Origin: Pirellulaceae bacterium
Lineage (GTDB): Bacteria > Planctomycetota > Planctomycetia > Pirellulales > Pirellulaceae
Reading direction: 5' to 3'
Length of the DNA stretch: 37,822 nt
Assembly: GCA_031373875.1 (NCBI GenBank)
Contig: JANMNK010000437.1
Span: 1 to 37,822 of the forward strand
Part shown: piece after piece, positions 1 to 9,383 of the stretch
Layout: every line of letters begins with the position of its first letter
Position numbering within the stretch: the first letter of the stretch is position 1
Notes under the pieces: model-generated
What the model was told of the DNA's origin: nothing
Database searches by the model: none
What the model saw: the letters and a program-made list of their open reading frames with translations, nothing else
Made by a program: the position numbers and the translations under genes

Positions 1-1689
1 GTTGCAAAAAAACCAACGGATCGATACCAGTCCGCCCAGGAACTAATCGGCGATTTACAACTCTTGGCCGAAATCGAGCAGCTACCCCGAAGCCGTACTT
101 GGGTCGGCAGCGCTCCTTTGGTTACTCGTTTTTCGCGCAAAACGAGTTTGGAAAACGCGTTTCCTTGGCTAGTGTCGCTGGCTGCTGTCATTGTCGTCGC
201 TGTAATATTGTTCGTTGTACAAGACTGGAATGATGACTACTCATTGCCCCCGATCTTGGGTTTGAACGCTAAGGATTTGGTTACGATTTCCGACCCCAAG
301 GCGACCGGACCTGACTCATCGGACAATTCGAGCACAACAACGTCAGCAACAAATGTGGCGACCAGCAATGAAAACAAAGATGGCAATGGTCCCTCAGATA
401 ATCGGAAAAATTCTACAAGCTCGATCGATTCGCAATCGGATTTGGAAACCGATTCAATATCAACGGGAGACTTCCCTGCGACACTAAATGAAGAGTCGAC
501 AAAAAAATCTGTGGCATCCGTGAGTTCGGTTGACACCCCGGCACATTCGACAAACAAAACAGTGCTGTTTGTAATTCCGGATACAAGCGATCAGTCAGCG
601 TACGATCCCAAGTTTGTCTTCAGCACTTTGGAGCAGGCGATCGAAGTCGCTAACTTGACGCCCACGATCCAGGAAATCCAGTTGTGTTCTAATAGAATCG
701 AAAGCAAGTCCATTCGCCTTGAGCGAGACGGCATCAAAGTAACCGCAGGCCTTGGATTTCAGCCAAGAATTCTCTGGCGTGCAATGACAGCAGACGACTT
801 AATAACAAGTTGGCTCGATATCCAAAATCACGACGTCGAATTCCGCGGTGTCCATTTTTCCTGGACTGTTCCTTCGACAGCAACCGTCACGCTTGGAAAA
901 ACGTTATTTCGGTCTCATCCAAGCGGCCGATTGCGATTGTCTGATTGTACGATCACGGTCGATTCGGATGACACGATCCCAACCTCCTGCGTTTTAGAAA
1001 TCGCTCATACTGCCATCGAGCAAGACGCGGACTCGATCGAACTCAGCGAACCTTTTCAATTGCGAATCGAGAACACAATCGTACGGGGACAATGTGATTT
1101 TTTGCGCATGCCAGAAACTGTACGCAGCGAGATCAATTGGAAAAATGGATTACTGTGCATTTCTGGTTCAATGCTCGACCTTCACGGTACTTCGATTCGT
1201 CACCGAAGCCTTCCTACAGCGCGAGTGTATCTTGATCGCGTGACCGCTGTTTGCGGACAACATTTTGCTCAGATTCGATTGAGTGTAGAGCGACCCTTTA
1301 AAATCTCTTTGTTACGAATATCCACGAATTCTGCATTTTGGTGTGGCAAGGATCGTGCGCTCGTTTCTACTCAGGGACTCGCGGACCCGACTGAGATTCA
1401 AAAGATGATTGACTTGCGAGGTAACGACAACGCCTATGATCGCGGAATTCGATGTGCTATCGAAACTGTTAGCATAACTGGTGAAACGGTGTCACTTGAT
1501 TTCGACGATTTGGGCAATTCAAGTCTCGCCGAGCCTGGGATCGAAACCAGCATTCGGTGGGTACAGCCTATTGCCAAAGATTTCAACTTTGCGGAACAAC
1601 TGCCATCTTTTTTTCGACAACGTCCTGGCGAATTCCTTCCCGGATTTATTGAAGAAAAACTACCGTCCATTCCCACCCAAACTGACTGA
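1..1689 (+). CDS. Ser/Thr protein kinase, C-terminal portion (5' end upstream of window): tail of catalytic domain, one TM helix, S/T/N/D-rich linker, ~380-aa extracytoplasmic domain
   Basis: Frame 1 is open from base 1 (VAKKPTDRYQSAQELIGDLQLLAE...), resembling the end of Hanks-type kinase domains. The TTG at 64 in the ORF track is therefore probably internal. Hydrophobic helix FPWLVSLAAVIVVAVILFVV is followed by a low-complexity Ser/Thr/Asn/Asp tract and a large C-terminal domain. Stop at 1687-1689. Confidence 0.6.
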   Translation, partial: VAKKPTDRYQSAQELIGDLQLLAEIEQLPRSRTWVGSAPLVTRFSRKTSLENAFPWLVSLAAVIVVAVILFVVQDWNDDYSLPPILGLNAKDLVTISDPKATGPDSSDNSSTTTSATNVATSNENKDGNGPSDNRKNSTSSIDSQSDLETDSISTGDFPATLNEESTKKSVASVSSVDTPAHSTNKTVLFVIPDTSDQSAYDPKFVFSTLEQAIEVANLTPTIQEIQLCSNRIESKSIRLERDGIKVTAGLGFQPRILWRAMTADDLITSWLDIQNHDVEFRGVHFSWTVPSTATVTLGKTLFRSHPSGRLRLSDCTITVDSDDTIPTSCVLEIAHTAIEQDADSIELSEPFQLRIENTIVRGQCDFLRMPETVRSEINWKNGLLCISGSMLDLHGTSIRHRSLPTARVYLDRVTAVCGQHFAQIRLSVERPFKISLLRISTNSAFWCGKDRALVSTQGLADPTEIQKMIDLRGNDNAYDRGIRCAIETVSITGETVSLDFDDLGNSSLAEPGIETSIRWVQPIAKDFNFAEQLPSFFRQRPGEFLPGFIEEKLPSIPTQTD

Positions 1690-2008
1690 TCGCGGTAGGG
1701 ACCTGCCTCCAAGCAGTCGAAAAAGTCGCGATCTGCATAAGGAATGTCGATCCAGTGCGGATAAATAGGCAAATGCCACTATTCTGGAAGGCAGTTTCTC
1801 ACGCAAAAACTGCTTAAACCCACCAATTCCGCACTTGGACAATTTGAGCCATTTGACACCTTCCCCCGTATGAACTTAAATCATTTGGTTAAGCGAGGGC
1901 GCTGTTGTTCTCGCTCGATGTGTTGAAAAATTGATTAGTCATCGTTGGTCTAGATATTCGTCAGCTATGTCAGCAGACTTTTGTCTTCCCACAGCAGGAG
2001 CAAGATTG

Positions 2009-2410
2009 ATGAAAAAGTGGTTATACTTGCCGTTGTTTCTCGCAGTCGCAGGTTGGAACATCACACCAGCCATGGCGATCAAGCAGTTTAACGAACAATT
2101 CACTTCAACGTACGCGAAGGATCCCAAGAACGAAGAGTTCAACAAGCTTGTCGCCGAAGCCAAATGCAACGCTTGTCATATCAAGGACGAAAACAAGAAA
2201 AAGCGTAATGAGTACGGCGAAGCCATGGCCGAGTTCTTAAGGAAGAAAGACTTCCCGAACGATCGTTTCAAAAAAGAACCTGAGAAGTGCAAAGAAGAAA
2301 TCGAAGCCGCTTTCAAAAAAGTTGAAGAGAAAAAGGCTAAGGACGGTCAAACTTTCGGCGAGAAAATTAAGGCCGGAAAACTTCCTGGTGGAAACGTAGA
2401 CGGCAAATAA
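2009..2410 (+). CDS. Small secreted Lys/Glu-rich protein with a single CxxCH haem-c motif (putative monohaem cytochrome c)
   Basis: ATG at 2009 gives MKKWLYLPLFLAVAGWNITPAMA, a Sec-type signal peptide; the longer TTG start at 1931 adds a non-signal extension. Motif KCNACH is present, with a possible axial Met in GEAMAEF. It lies 45 nt upstream of the next gene on the same strand. Confidence 0.6.
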   Translation: MKKWLYLPLFLAVAGWNITPAMAIKQFNEQFTSTYAKDPKNEEFNKLVAEAKCNACHIKDENKKKRNEYGEAMAEFLRKKDFPNDRFKKEPEKCKEEIEAAFKKVEEKKAKDGQTFGEKIKAGKLPGGNVDGK

Positions 2411-2455
2411 TTCGGTGATTGAAAAATTCTGGTTCAACTTTTACTAGGGACTCCC

Positions 2456-3097
2456 ATGCGAAAACTCTTAATGTTGATTTTGCCCGCACTTTTTGTCGGG
2501 CTTCTCACAGTATCGTTTGCAGAAGACAAGAAGGACTCCGATTTTAAGCCCATGTTCGATGGCAAAACACTTGATGGCTGGAAAGCCAACGAGAACGAAA
2601 AGAGCTGGGCCGTCGAGAACGGGACGATCGTTTGCCAAGGCGATCGCAGCCACCTATTTTATGTCGGCGAAGAGAAGCCTTTCAAAAATTTCCATTTCAA
2701 AGCGGAAGTGATGACGACGCCTGGCAGCAACTCGGGAATTTACTTCCATACAAAGTATCAGAAAGATGGCTGGCCCAAATACGGCTACGAATGCCAAGTA
2801 AACATTTCTCAAGGTGATCCTAAGAAATCGAGCGGGTTGTACGCCGAAAAAGACATCGCTGATCCTGGCGTCAAGGATAACGAATGGTACACGCAAGAAA
2901 TCATCGTCGAAGGCCGACATGTCATCACCAAGATCAATGGCAAGGTCATGGTGGATTACACAGAGCCCGAAAACAAGAAACCGTTCGATAACAACTTCGA
3001 ACGTCGATTGGGCGAAGGGACTTTTGCTTTGCAAGCTCATGATCCCAAGAGCAAGGTTCATTTCCGTAACCTGCAAGTTAAGCGATTGCCAGACTAG
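2456..3097 (+). CDS. DUF1080 (3-keto-disaccharide hydrolase-like, concanavalin-type) domain protein, secreted
   Basis: Signal peptide MRKLLMLILPALFVGLLTVSFA. Family hallmarks FDGKTLDGWK, SGIYFH, ECQV and a C-terminal GTFALQAHDPKSKVHFRNLQVKRL. Confidence 0.85.
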   Translation: MRKLLMLILPALFVGLLTVSFAEDKKDSDFKPMFDGKTLDGWKANENEKSWAVENGTIVCQGDRSHLFYVGEEKPFKNFHFKAEVMTTPGSNSGIYFHTKYQKDGWPKYGYECQVNISQGDPKKSSGLYAEKDIADPGVKDNEWYTQEIIVEGRHVITKINGKVMVDYTEPENKKPFDNNFERRLGEGTFALQAHDPKSKVHFRNLQVKRLPD

Positions 3098-3150
3098 GCG
3101 ATTGCCTGACGAACTGTCCTAAACGACGCAATATTGACTTATCCCACGAA

Positions 3151-3181
3151 CGGGACGGTTTTTCCGTCCCGTTTTTGTTTT
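3151..3181 (+). terminator. Rho-independent terminator after the DUF1080 gene
   Basis: Stem cgggacgg (3151-3158), loop ttttt, stem ccgtcccg (3164-3171), followed by tttttgtttt. It sits 54 nt after the stop at 3097. Confidence 0.7.
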
Positions 3182-3485
3182 GCCTCGCAAGTGAACCAAC
3201 AGCACGAGATTGGCGAATATAAAGATGCCTATTCTAAATATTCCGCTCATAATCATTCGGCCGAATCTATCAGCTGAATTCTGCGGTTGATTCTGCGTGG
3301 GTCGTTTTCAGAAACCAGCGTAGCAATTATTCTAATGGAGCTTGAGGGTTCCCCTCAGGCCTGTACTTAGGCTGAGTTTTTGAACGGCAAACAATTGTTC
3401 TGTCACAATCGACGTTTTCTGACTTAAGCTCAGCCTCGTAAAACCCTCCATCAACCGACGACTCAACGCAAACTAAGGGTTCAAT

Positions 3486-5690
3486 TTGACTCGCGTTTTC
3501 ATCGATCTCCAGCAAGATACGCTCCGTAAAGTAGTTCAAGTGCTTTGTGCTTGTTTCTTCCTCGGCACTGCATTGTTCCAGTCCTTCGTTTCTGCGGACG
3601 AACCGAAAGTTCAGTTTGGTATTGCCGGAACTTGGAAATTGGGTTTCCCAACCCGAGTTACGGTCCAGCCAACCGCTCAGGGTGATCTCGAATTCCTGAC
3701 CGTTGATGGCGATGGAGTGGCAGTACGATATTTGGCGGGGCAGGGAAGGGCAATCGCCAACCCAGGGGGTCCAGTGGAGATATTGGTTCAGAATGGCCGG
3801 ATGAATCAACAGATGAGCCTCTTCACAAGAGGATCGGACGGGCTCATGATCGACGAATACTCCATTCCTGTCGACGCGCGCGGTTCAGCGATTCCAGCGA
3901 CACAAACCTGGGTGGTCGGTATCGGGGGAGCCAATGGACTAGAAAAGCTTTCATCGCGACTCTACGGCAGCACGCTTTCTACATTCACGACTTCCATCGT
4001 CAACAAATCGTCGGACTTGCCCGTCCACTATCAAGCTTATTCAGGCGTGGACCTTTTGGCGATTTCGACATCCCATGCGGAACTGCTTCTTCAGGCGACA
4101 CCCGATCAAACCAAGGCAATCCGCGACTGGATTTTAAATGGAGGTCGTGCAATTATCGCCGTCGGCAAAAACGCCGAAACAGTTAAAGACCTTGCATGGC
4201 TAACCGAACTCTTGCCCGGCCCTATTGTCTCGCGCGAAGACAACGTATCGGCTGGCCCCATTGAATCGTGGATTGGTTCTAGCAAACGCCTCCAAGCACT
4301 TACCTGTGCTCGAATCCAACCGACCAAAGCGATTACGAAAATTCAGCTTCAATCGTTGACTCGCGAGCCGATACCTTTTATTTCACGACGTGTGTTTGGC
4401 CTAGGTCAGGTCATTTTCGTGGCGTGCGATCTCGATCAAGGTAACTTGGCCGAATGGGAGGATCAGCCAGCATTCCTTCGTAAACTGCTACCAGCTCAAT
4501 GGGACCAGTGGACTGCCTTGACCGAAGCGTCCAAATCCAGCTCAAGCTATCTGGGTTTTGATGACTTGTCCGGACAACTTCGTGCATCGCTCGATGTGCT
4601 TCCTCAAGTTCAAAATACGGGGCTGACGTTTATGGCGTTGATACTCGCTCTGTTCTTGGCGATGATTGGCCCGCTCGATTATTTTTTCACCGTGCGTTTC
4701 CTTAAACGACCATCAGCAACTTGGTGGACGCTTGTCCTGAGTTCAGTCGCAGCGTGCTTTGTCATCGCGGCAATCGCAAGATCTTGGAAGCCGCAAATGG
4801 CAGCAGTCAATGATTGCGTGGTTTGGGACCTAGACTTTGAAAGCAAACACATGTTGGGCCGTTCATGGTTCCACGTTTATTCCGGCTCCCAAGATAAATA
4901 CAACGTCCGTGTCGAACCGCTTGCGTTTTGGACCTCAAACAGCCACTCAATACCAGCCAAGATTGATTGGATGGGACTGCCTGGTCAAGGTTTGGGAGGT
5001 TTCGATTCGTCGGTGACCGCCGACCGCGGAATGCCGACTTACACTATTTCCATGGACTCCAGCGAAAGCGACGAAGTTCAAGGTGTTGGTATTCCGCTTG
5101 CAGGAACCAAAGCGTTTCAGGCCAACTGGTCTGTAGAAACTGACATCGACACTTCCGGAACCAAATTAGGCCTAGTGAGCGGTTCCGATTTGCTCAATGG
5201 GCAATGGGTCAATCCGCTGCCCGTGGATATCCACAATGCTGTCGTGCTATATCAGAATTGGCAATACGCGCTACCCACTCGCATTCAGCCCGGCCAAAAA
5301 ATTCCTTTTTCGATCAGTGTTATACCCAAAGACTTTGCTCGACAACTCCAGCGACGCAGGGTCGTGGATGGCGTTGAAAAAGGAAGACCTTGGCAAGCAC
5401 TCGAACGGAATGATCTCAGCCGACTAATTGAGATGATGTTATTCCATCGTGCGGCGGGCGGTACGGGCTATACCGTGCTGTCCCACAGATATATGCAACA
5501 ACTTGATCTATCCGAATTGCTTCGTCTGGACCGTGCCATGATTTATGGTCGAATCAATCAACCCACGACGACAGTACACGCACAGATCGGCGAGAAGTCT
5601 CGCGAGTTGAAGGAAGGTAATCGCCAGACATGGATTCGCATGGTGATCCCAGTTGATACCAATTCTACGTCCAACTCTCCACAAGGCTGA
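3486..5690 (+). CDS. Hypothetical secreted/membrane protein (signal peptide, large N-terminal exo-domain, central TM hairpin, C-terminal domain)
   Basis: A 734-aa ORF. N-terminus RKVVQVLCACFFLGTALFQSFVSA-DE looks like a signal peptide; the start is TTG and uncertain. Two adjacent hydrophobic helices: GLTFMALILALFLAMIGPL and WWTLVLSSVAACFVIAAIA. The stretch DLLAISTS...LNGGRAIIAVGKN faintly resembles GATase1-like/ABC-auxiliary folds. Stop is 5 nt before the ABC ATPase start. Confidence 0.65.
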   Translation: MTRVFIDLQQDTLRKVVQVLCACFFLGTALFQSFVSADEPKVQFGIAGTWKLGFPTRVTVQPTAQGDLEFLTVDGDGVAVRYLAGQGRAIANPGGPVEILVQNGRMNQQMSLFTRGSDGLMIDEYSIPVDARGSAIPATQTWVVGIGGANGLEKLSSRLYGSTLSTFTTSIVNKSSDLPVHYQAYSGVDLLAISTSHAELLLQATPDQTKAIRDWILNGGRAIIAVGKNAETVKDLAWLTELLPGPIVSREDNVSAGPIESWIGSSKRLQALTCARIQPTKAITKIQLQSLTREPIPFISRRVFGLGQVIFVACDLDQGNLAEWEDQPAFLRKLLPAQWDQWTALTEASKSSSSYLGFDDLSGQLRASLDVLPQVQNTGLTFMALILALFLAMIGPLDYFFTVRFLKRPSATWWTLVLSSVAACFVIAAIARSWKPQMAAVNDCVVWDLDFESKHMLGRSWFHVYSGSQDKYNVRVEPLAFWTSNSHSIPAKIDWMGLPGQGLGGFDSSVTADRGMPTYTISMDSSESDEVQGVGIPLAGTKAFQANWSVETDIDTSGTKLGLVSGSDLLNGQWVNPLPVDIHNAVVLYQNWQYALPTRIQPGQKIPFSISVIPKDFARQLQRRRVVDGVEKGRPWQALERNDLSRLIEMMLFHRAAGGTGYTVLSHRYMQQLDLSELLRLDRAMIYGRINQPTTTVHAQIGEKSRELKEGNRQTWIRMVIPVDTNSTSNSPQG

Positions 5691-5695
5691 ACATC

Positions 5696-6634
5696 GTGAT
5701 CAAAACAGTCAACCTGACCAAGAAATACGATGACATGTACGCGATTCGTGGAATCGACCTCGACCTCAAAGAAGGTGACTTGTTCGGCTTCATCGGTCCC
5801 AACGGCGCAGGGAAGACCACGACGATGCGAATCGTCGCGACCCTTTTGTCTCCAACCTATGGCGAAGCGTACGTATGTGGTTACTCGATTTATACGCATC
5901 CCAAGGAGATACGACGTCTCGTCGGCTTTATGCCGGACTTCTTTGGCGTGTATGACGATATGACGGTGATCGAGTACTTAGAGTTTTTTGCCGCCGCTTA
6001 TAGAATCAGCGGCCCAGCGAGACGAAAACGCTGTGATGAAATGCTGGAAATCGTTGACTTGGATTTCAAACGCGAGGCATATGCCAACACACTTTCCCGA
6101 GGTCAAACGCAACGACTGGGCTTGGCCCGAACTTTGCTTCACGATCCCGCTGTACTACTTCTTGACGAACCTCTCAGCGGACTCGATCCCCGTGCTCGTA
6201 TCGAAATGCGCAACTTGCTTCGGCGTCTTGGTCAAATGGGAAAGACGATTGTTGTTTCGAGTCACATCCTGCCGGAATTGGCGGACAGTTGCAATAAAGT
6301 AGGAATCATCGATCGCGGTCAGCTTGGCGTGAACGCCGAAGTTGCCGAAGTCATGCGGCAAGTTCGGCCGCAAATCGTCGTGATCGTCGATGTCGTTGAT
6401 CCGACCAAAATCGAGCGAGCACTGACACTGCTCGAGCAACAGCCAATTGTCGATTCTGTCGTCGAAGCGCGAGGCAAGGTCCGAGCAACACTGAAAGTCG
6501 CCGCCGAAGATTACTCCGACTTGGCGACAATTCTCATCAGCAACGGAATCACGATAAAGCACTTTGGCGAAGAAGAAACCAACCTCGAATCCGCTTTCAT
6601 GGCATTAACCAAAGGCGTTGGGGCCAAGATCTAA
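5696..6634 (+). CDS. ABC transporter ATP-binding protein (ABC-2/CcmA-GldA-like subfamily)
   Basis: Walker A GPNGAGKTTT, Q-loop region, signature LSRGQTQRL, Walker B LLLDEPLSGLD and H-loop SSHIL. There is a ~90-aa C-terminal accessory domain. GTG start. Confidence 0.93.
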   Translation: MIKTVNLTKKYDDMYAIRGIDLDLKEGDLFGFIGPNGAGKTTTMRIVATLLSPTYGEAYVCGYSIYTHPKEIRRLVGFMPDFFGVYDDMTVIEYLEFFAAAYRISGPARRKRCDEMLEIVDLDFKREAYANTLSRGQTQRLGLARTLLHDPAVLLLDEPLSGLDPRARIEMRNLLRRLGQMGKTIVVSSHILPELADSCNKVGIIDRGQLGVNAEVAEVMRQVRPQIVVIVDVVDPTKIERALTLLEQQPIVDSVVEARGKVRATLKVAAEDYSDLATILISNGITIKHFGEEETNLESAFMALTKGVGAKI

Positions 6635-6685
6635 ATCCCTGCTCTTGACTCCCTTGGCAATGTCACCAATCGCTCCGAGCTGAAA

Positions 6686-7873
6686 TTAATTGTCCAGTGC
6701 CATTGCTGCTTCTCGCTGAAAAGCTTGGCGCACATCGGATGCATCGGCGTTCGGAAAATTAGCTCGCTGGGTCATGAGGATGTACGCTCGTTTTTTCACA
6801 GGGTCAATCCAAGCCTGGGTTCCAAACGCGCCGCCGTGTCCAAAACTACTGGGCGATAACTGGGCGGTTACACCTTGCGGTTCACGTACTATACAGCAAC
6901 CAATACCCCATCCGTTCCCTGGTGTGAAACCGGTCGTCAACTCTTCTGTATGTACCTTGCTGAAATCGGCAATTGCGTGCTCCGACAGAACCCGCTTACC
7001 TTCGAATTCGCCTTTATTGATTAACATGCGGCAAAATTGGCCATAATCGGATGCAGTTGAAAACAAACCTCCATTAGCTGCAGGAAATCGTCCTCTATCC
7101 GTAGGCGATTTTCCTGCCAACACAAAAATCTGCGCCTCGTCAAGTTGACCCGATTCGGACCGTGAATACGACTTTGCCAATCTTTGTGCCTGGGCTTCGG
7201 TTAGGTAAAAATTTGTATCTTTCATTCCCAGCGGAGCACATATGCGTTCCTGAACGAATACATCAAAGGGCTTTCCCGATACGACTTCCACCATTCGAGC
7301 TGCTGTGTTGATGCTCGTTTGGCTGTATTGCCACTTCGAACCAGGCTCAAACTGGACTGGCAACTTTGCGTATCGCGAGACGGCTTCTTGCAGGTTTTTT
7401 GATGTGTAAGCTTCTTCGGGTTTCAACTCGCTCATACCCGAGGTATGAGTCATCAGGTGCTGGACAGTAATCACCACTGTGTCCCCCGTCGCCGTCTTCA
7501 AGTCGCGTAATTCGGGCAAGTGTTTTGAAATTGGATCGTCTAATTTCAATTTATCTTCGTCCACCATCATCATCACACAAACACCGGTAAGAGGCTTGGA
7601 CATCGAAGCAATCCAAAAAATCGAATCGGCCGCCAATGGTCGTTTCGCCGCTAAATCTGCAAAGCCGGAAACGTGCTGATGCACCACCCCGTTTGCATCG
7701 ACTACCAAAGTCAGGACTCCCGCCATTTCTCCTGCTTCGACAAACCCATCCATTGCTCTCGCAATTCCAGGAATGACCGGAACACTTGCCTTTTCTTGGC
7801 TTCGAGCCGAGTGAACAACAATTGATGTTGCGGCTAAAACGAATGCGACGATCGACTGGCTTCTAAATAACAT
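6686..7873 (-). CDS. Serine hydrolase, beta-lactamase (class C / EstB-like) family, secreted
   Basis: Signal peptide MLFRSQSIVAFVLAATSIVVHSA. SxxK active-site motif in WIASMSKPLTG and a C-terminal HGG(A) box in FGHGGAFGTQAWIDP. Confidence 0.9.
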   Translation of the reverse strand: MLFRSQSIVAFVLAATSIVVHSARSQEKASVPVIPGIARAMDGFVEAGEMAGVLTLVVDANGVVHQHVSGFADLAAKRPLAADSIFWIASMSKPLTGVCVMMMVDEDKLKLDDPISKHLPELRDLKTATGDTVVITVQHLMTHTSGMSELKPEEAYTSKNLQEAVSRYAKLPVQFEPGSKWQYSQTSINTAARMVEVVSGKPFDVFVQERICAPLGMKDTNFYLTEAQAQRLAKSYSRSESGQLDEAQIFVLAGKSPTDRGRFPAANGGLFSTASDYGQFCRMLINKGEFEGKRVLSEHAIADFSKVHTEELTTGFTPGNGWGIGCCIVREPQGVTAQLSPSSFGHGGAFGTQAWIDPVKKRAYILMTQRANFPNADASDVRQAFQREAAMALDN

Positions 7874-7905
7874 GGCTTCTCCTTCAAAATCCAGTTTTCT
7901 GACAA

Positions 7906-9333
7906 CTATTTGTTTTTGTTACTACCTTGGAAGATCTTTCGTAATCGATCTCGAATTGGCTGAGGCGATGCTGGTTCTTCCTTTTTGTTATCGACAGTTG
8001 ATTTATCTGGATCTTGTGTTGTATCAGCGGCTCGACGTTTGCGAATCTCCTTTATCAGATCCGAGGCTGCGGAAATCGCTTCATCTGCCTGACCACCCGC
8101 GAGACCTTCGAGTGCGCCAAGCAACGCACCTGTACCAGGCGCCTCTTCTTCGACTCGGTCTCGAATCATGCCGATGAGATCGGCTGAATTCTCTCGCAAC
8201 GCGGTCCACTGCACTTCTGGTTTCTCCAGCGTCCCTCCGATCGGTAACCGAATCGTCGGTACACCCATATCTCTCACGGTGTCTCGTATCGCCAGTTGTT
8301 CAATGGGTATGGGTATCTCGAGCAGTAGATTTAGCGACTTGTCGATCAATCCTACGGAACCTTGCGACGATATCTGCAAACGGGGATCGACTCGGGGTAA
8401 ACCTAGAGCGAGGCCTTGATGTTTGACTTGCCTGTTTTCAACCTGAACATCGACTTGAGATCCATCGACAAACACCAACTCATGCTGCGGATCCTGTTTC
8501 CTAAGGTGTGCGACAATGTCAAGCACTCGAATGATGGACGGATCGGACGGACCACTGCGCATTTGATGCAAAGTCAATTTGGCACGTCCGGTCGATTCAA
8601 CGGGTTTTGACAAAGGAATATGGATTGCCTCCGTCGTCAACGAAACCCTCCCGTCAAACCAAGCGGACTTGGCTAACAAGGGAACGGCGAATCCCAATCC
8701 TAGCTGTACTAATTCCGGCGTCACGTTGACTTGGTTGAGAAGCGTTGTCGGAGACACATCCAACGTGGATTCACCTTCAGCGGCTCGATAGGCGAATTGC
8801 ACGTCAAATGGCGGCACAATCAAGAGCGGTTGCGATTCTGCAGGACGATGCACAATGGCAGAAAAGTTGTGAACATGGACTTCGACGTCAATCGCTGGAA
8901 CAACTCCAGACTCTGAAGTTTTCTGTCCTTCCAATGCCCCGATTAACTTTTGAAGATTGGACCCGTCATTGAGCAATTCGACATCGATCGTTGGATCGAA
9001 CACGTCGACACGACCCATTCGACGACCACCCAAAATATAACCAAGCAGTCCGCGATCCGTTTTCACTTCGCGGACACTAAAGAGTGCTGGTCCATCGAGC
9101 GGCTTGATAGATAGGCCACGAAATACCAAGGGAGAAAACCATCGGAACCGAACGCTGTCGATTCGCAATCGATATTCGCCCGCTTCAAATCGGCTCAATA
9201 GCGGTTGGTAGATCCATCGCGAACCCAGAATCATCGGCAGCAACAAAACAACGAGCAGGAATGTGCCGATTGCAAACCAAAGTTTCCAATACCGCAATAA
9301 CCAATTCGGCGAGAACTGAAACGATTTCGACAT
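7906..9333 (-). CDS. Hypothetical N-terminally membrane-anchored protein (possibly AsmA-like)
   Basis: A 475-aa ORF starting at ATG. Single N-terminal TM WKLWFAIGTFLLVVLLLPMILG, a long beta-rich body, and a charged C-terminal tail. It lies 50 nt downstream of nrnA and 32 nt upstream of the serine hydrolase on the same strand. The AsmA-like label is only an impression. Confidence 0.6.
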   Translation of the reverse strand: MSKSFQFSPNWLLRYWKLWFAIGTFLLVVLLLPMILGSRWIYQPLLSRFEAGEYRLRIDSVRFRWFSPLVFRGLSIKPLDGPALFSVREVKTDRGLLGYILGGRRMGRVDVFDPTIDVELLNDGSNLQKLIGALEGQKTSESGVVPAIDVEVHVHNFSAIVHRPAESQPLLIVPPFDVQFAYRAAEGESTLDVSPTTLLNQVNVTPELVQLGLGFAVPLLAKSAWFDGRVSLTTEAIHIPLSKPVESTGRAKLTLHQMRSGPSDPSIIRVLDIVAHLRKQDPQHELVFVDGSQVDVQVENRQVKHQGLALGLPRVDPRLQISSQGSVGLIDKSLNLLLEIPIPIEQLAIRDTVRDMGVPTIRLPIGGTLEKPEVQWTALRENSADLIGMIRDRVEEEAPGTGALLGALEGLAGGQADEAISAASDLIKEIRKRRAADTTQDPDKSTVDNKKEEPASPQPIRDRLRKIFQGSNKNK

Positions 9334-9383
9334 GTATCAAGCCCTCGGATGCTTGACCAACGCACACGCAAGATCCTAAGTTG

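Noticed and set aside
1789-1815. A hairpin (gcagttt / aaactgc stem, 9-nt loop) about 100 nt after the kinase stop.
   Set aside because: It has no U-tract and only a short stem. This is insufficient to call it a terminator or a regulatory RNA.
3625-3640. An exact 16-mer, ccggaacttggaaatt, is repeated at 3625-3640 (inside a CDS) and at 10465-10480 (intergenic, upstream of nrnA).
   Set aside because: The flanks do not match. One chance 16-mer match is not improbable in a window of this size when both strands are considered. No structure or context links the two sites.
3327-3809. A 160-aa minus-strand ORF that mirrors the 5' end of the 734-aa plus-strand gene.
   Set aside because: It fully overlaps (3486-3809) the part of the plus-strand ORF that encodes a convincing signal peptide and mature N-terminus. 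It has no recognisable motifs. It is most likely an antisense shadow ORF.
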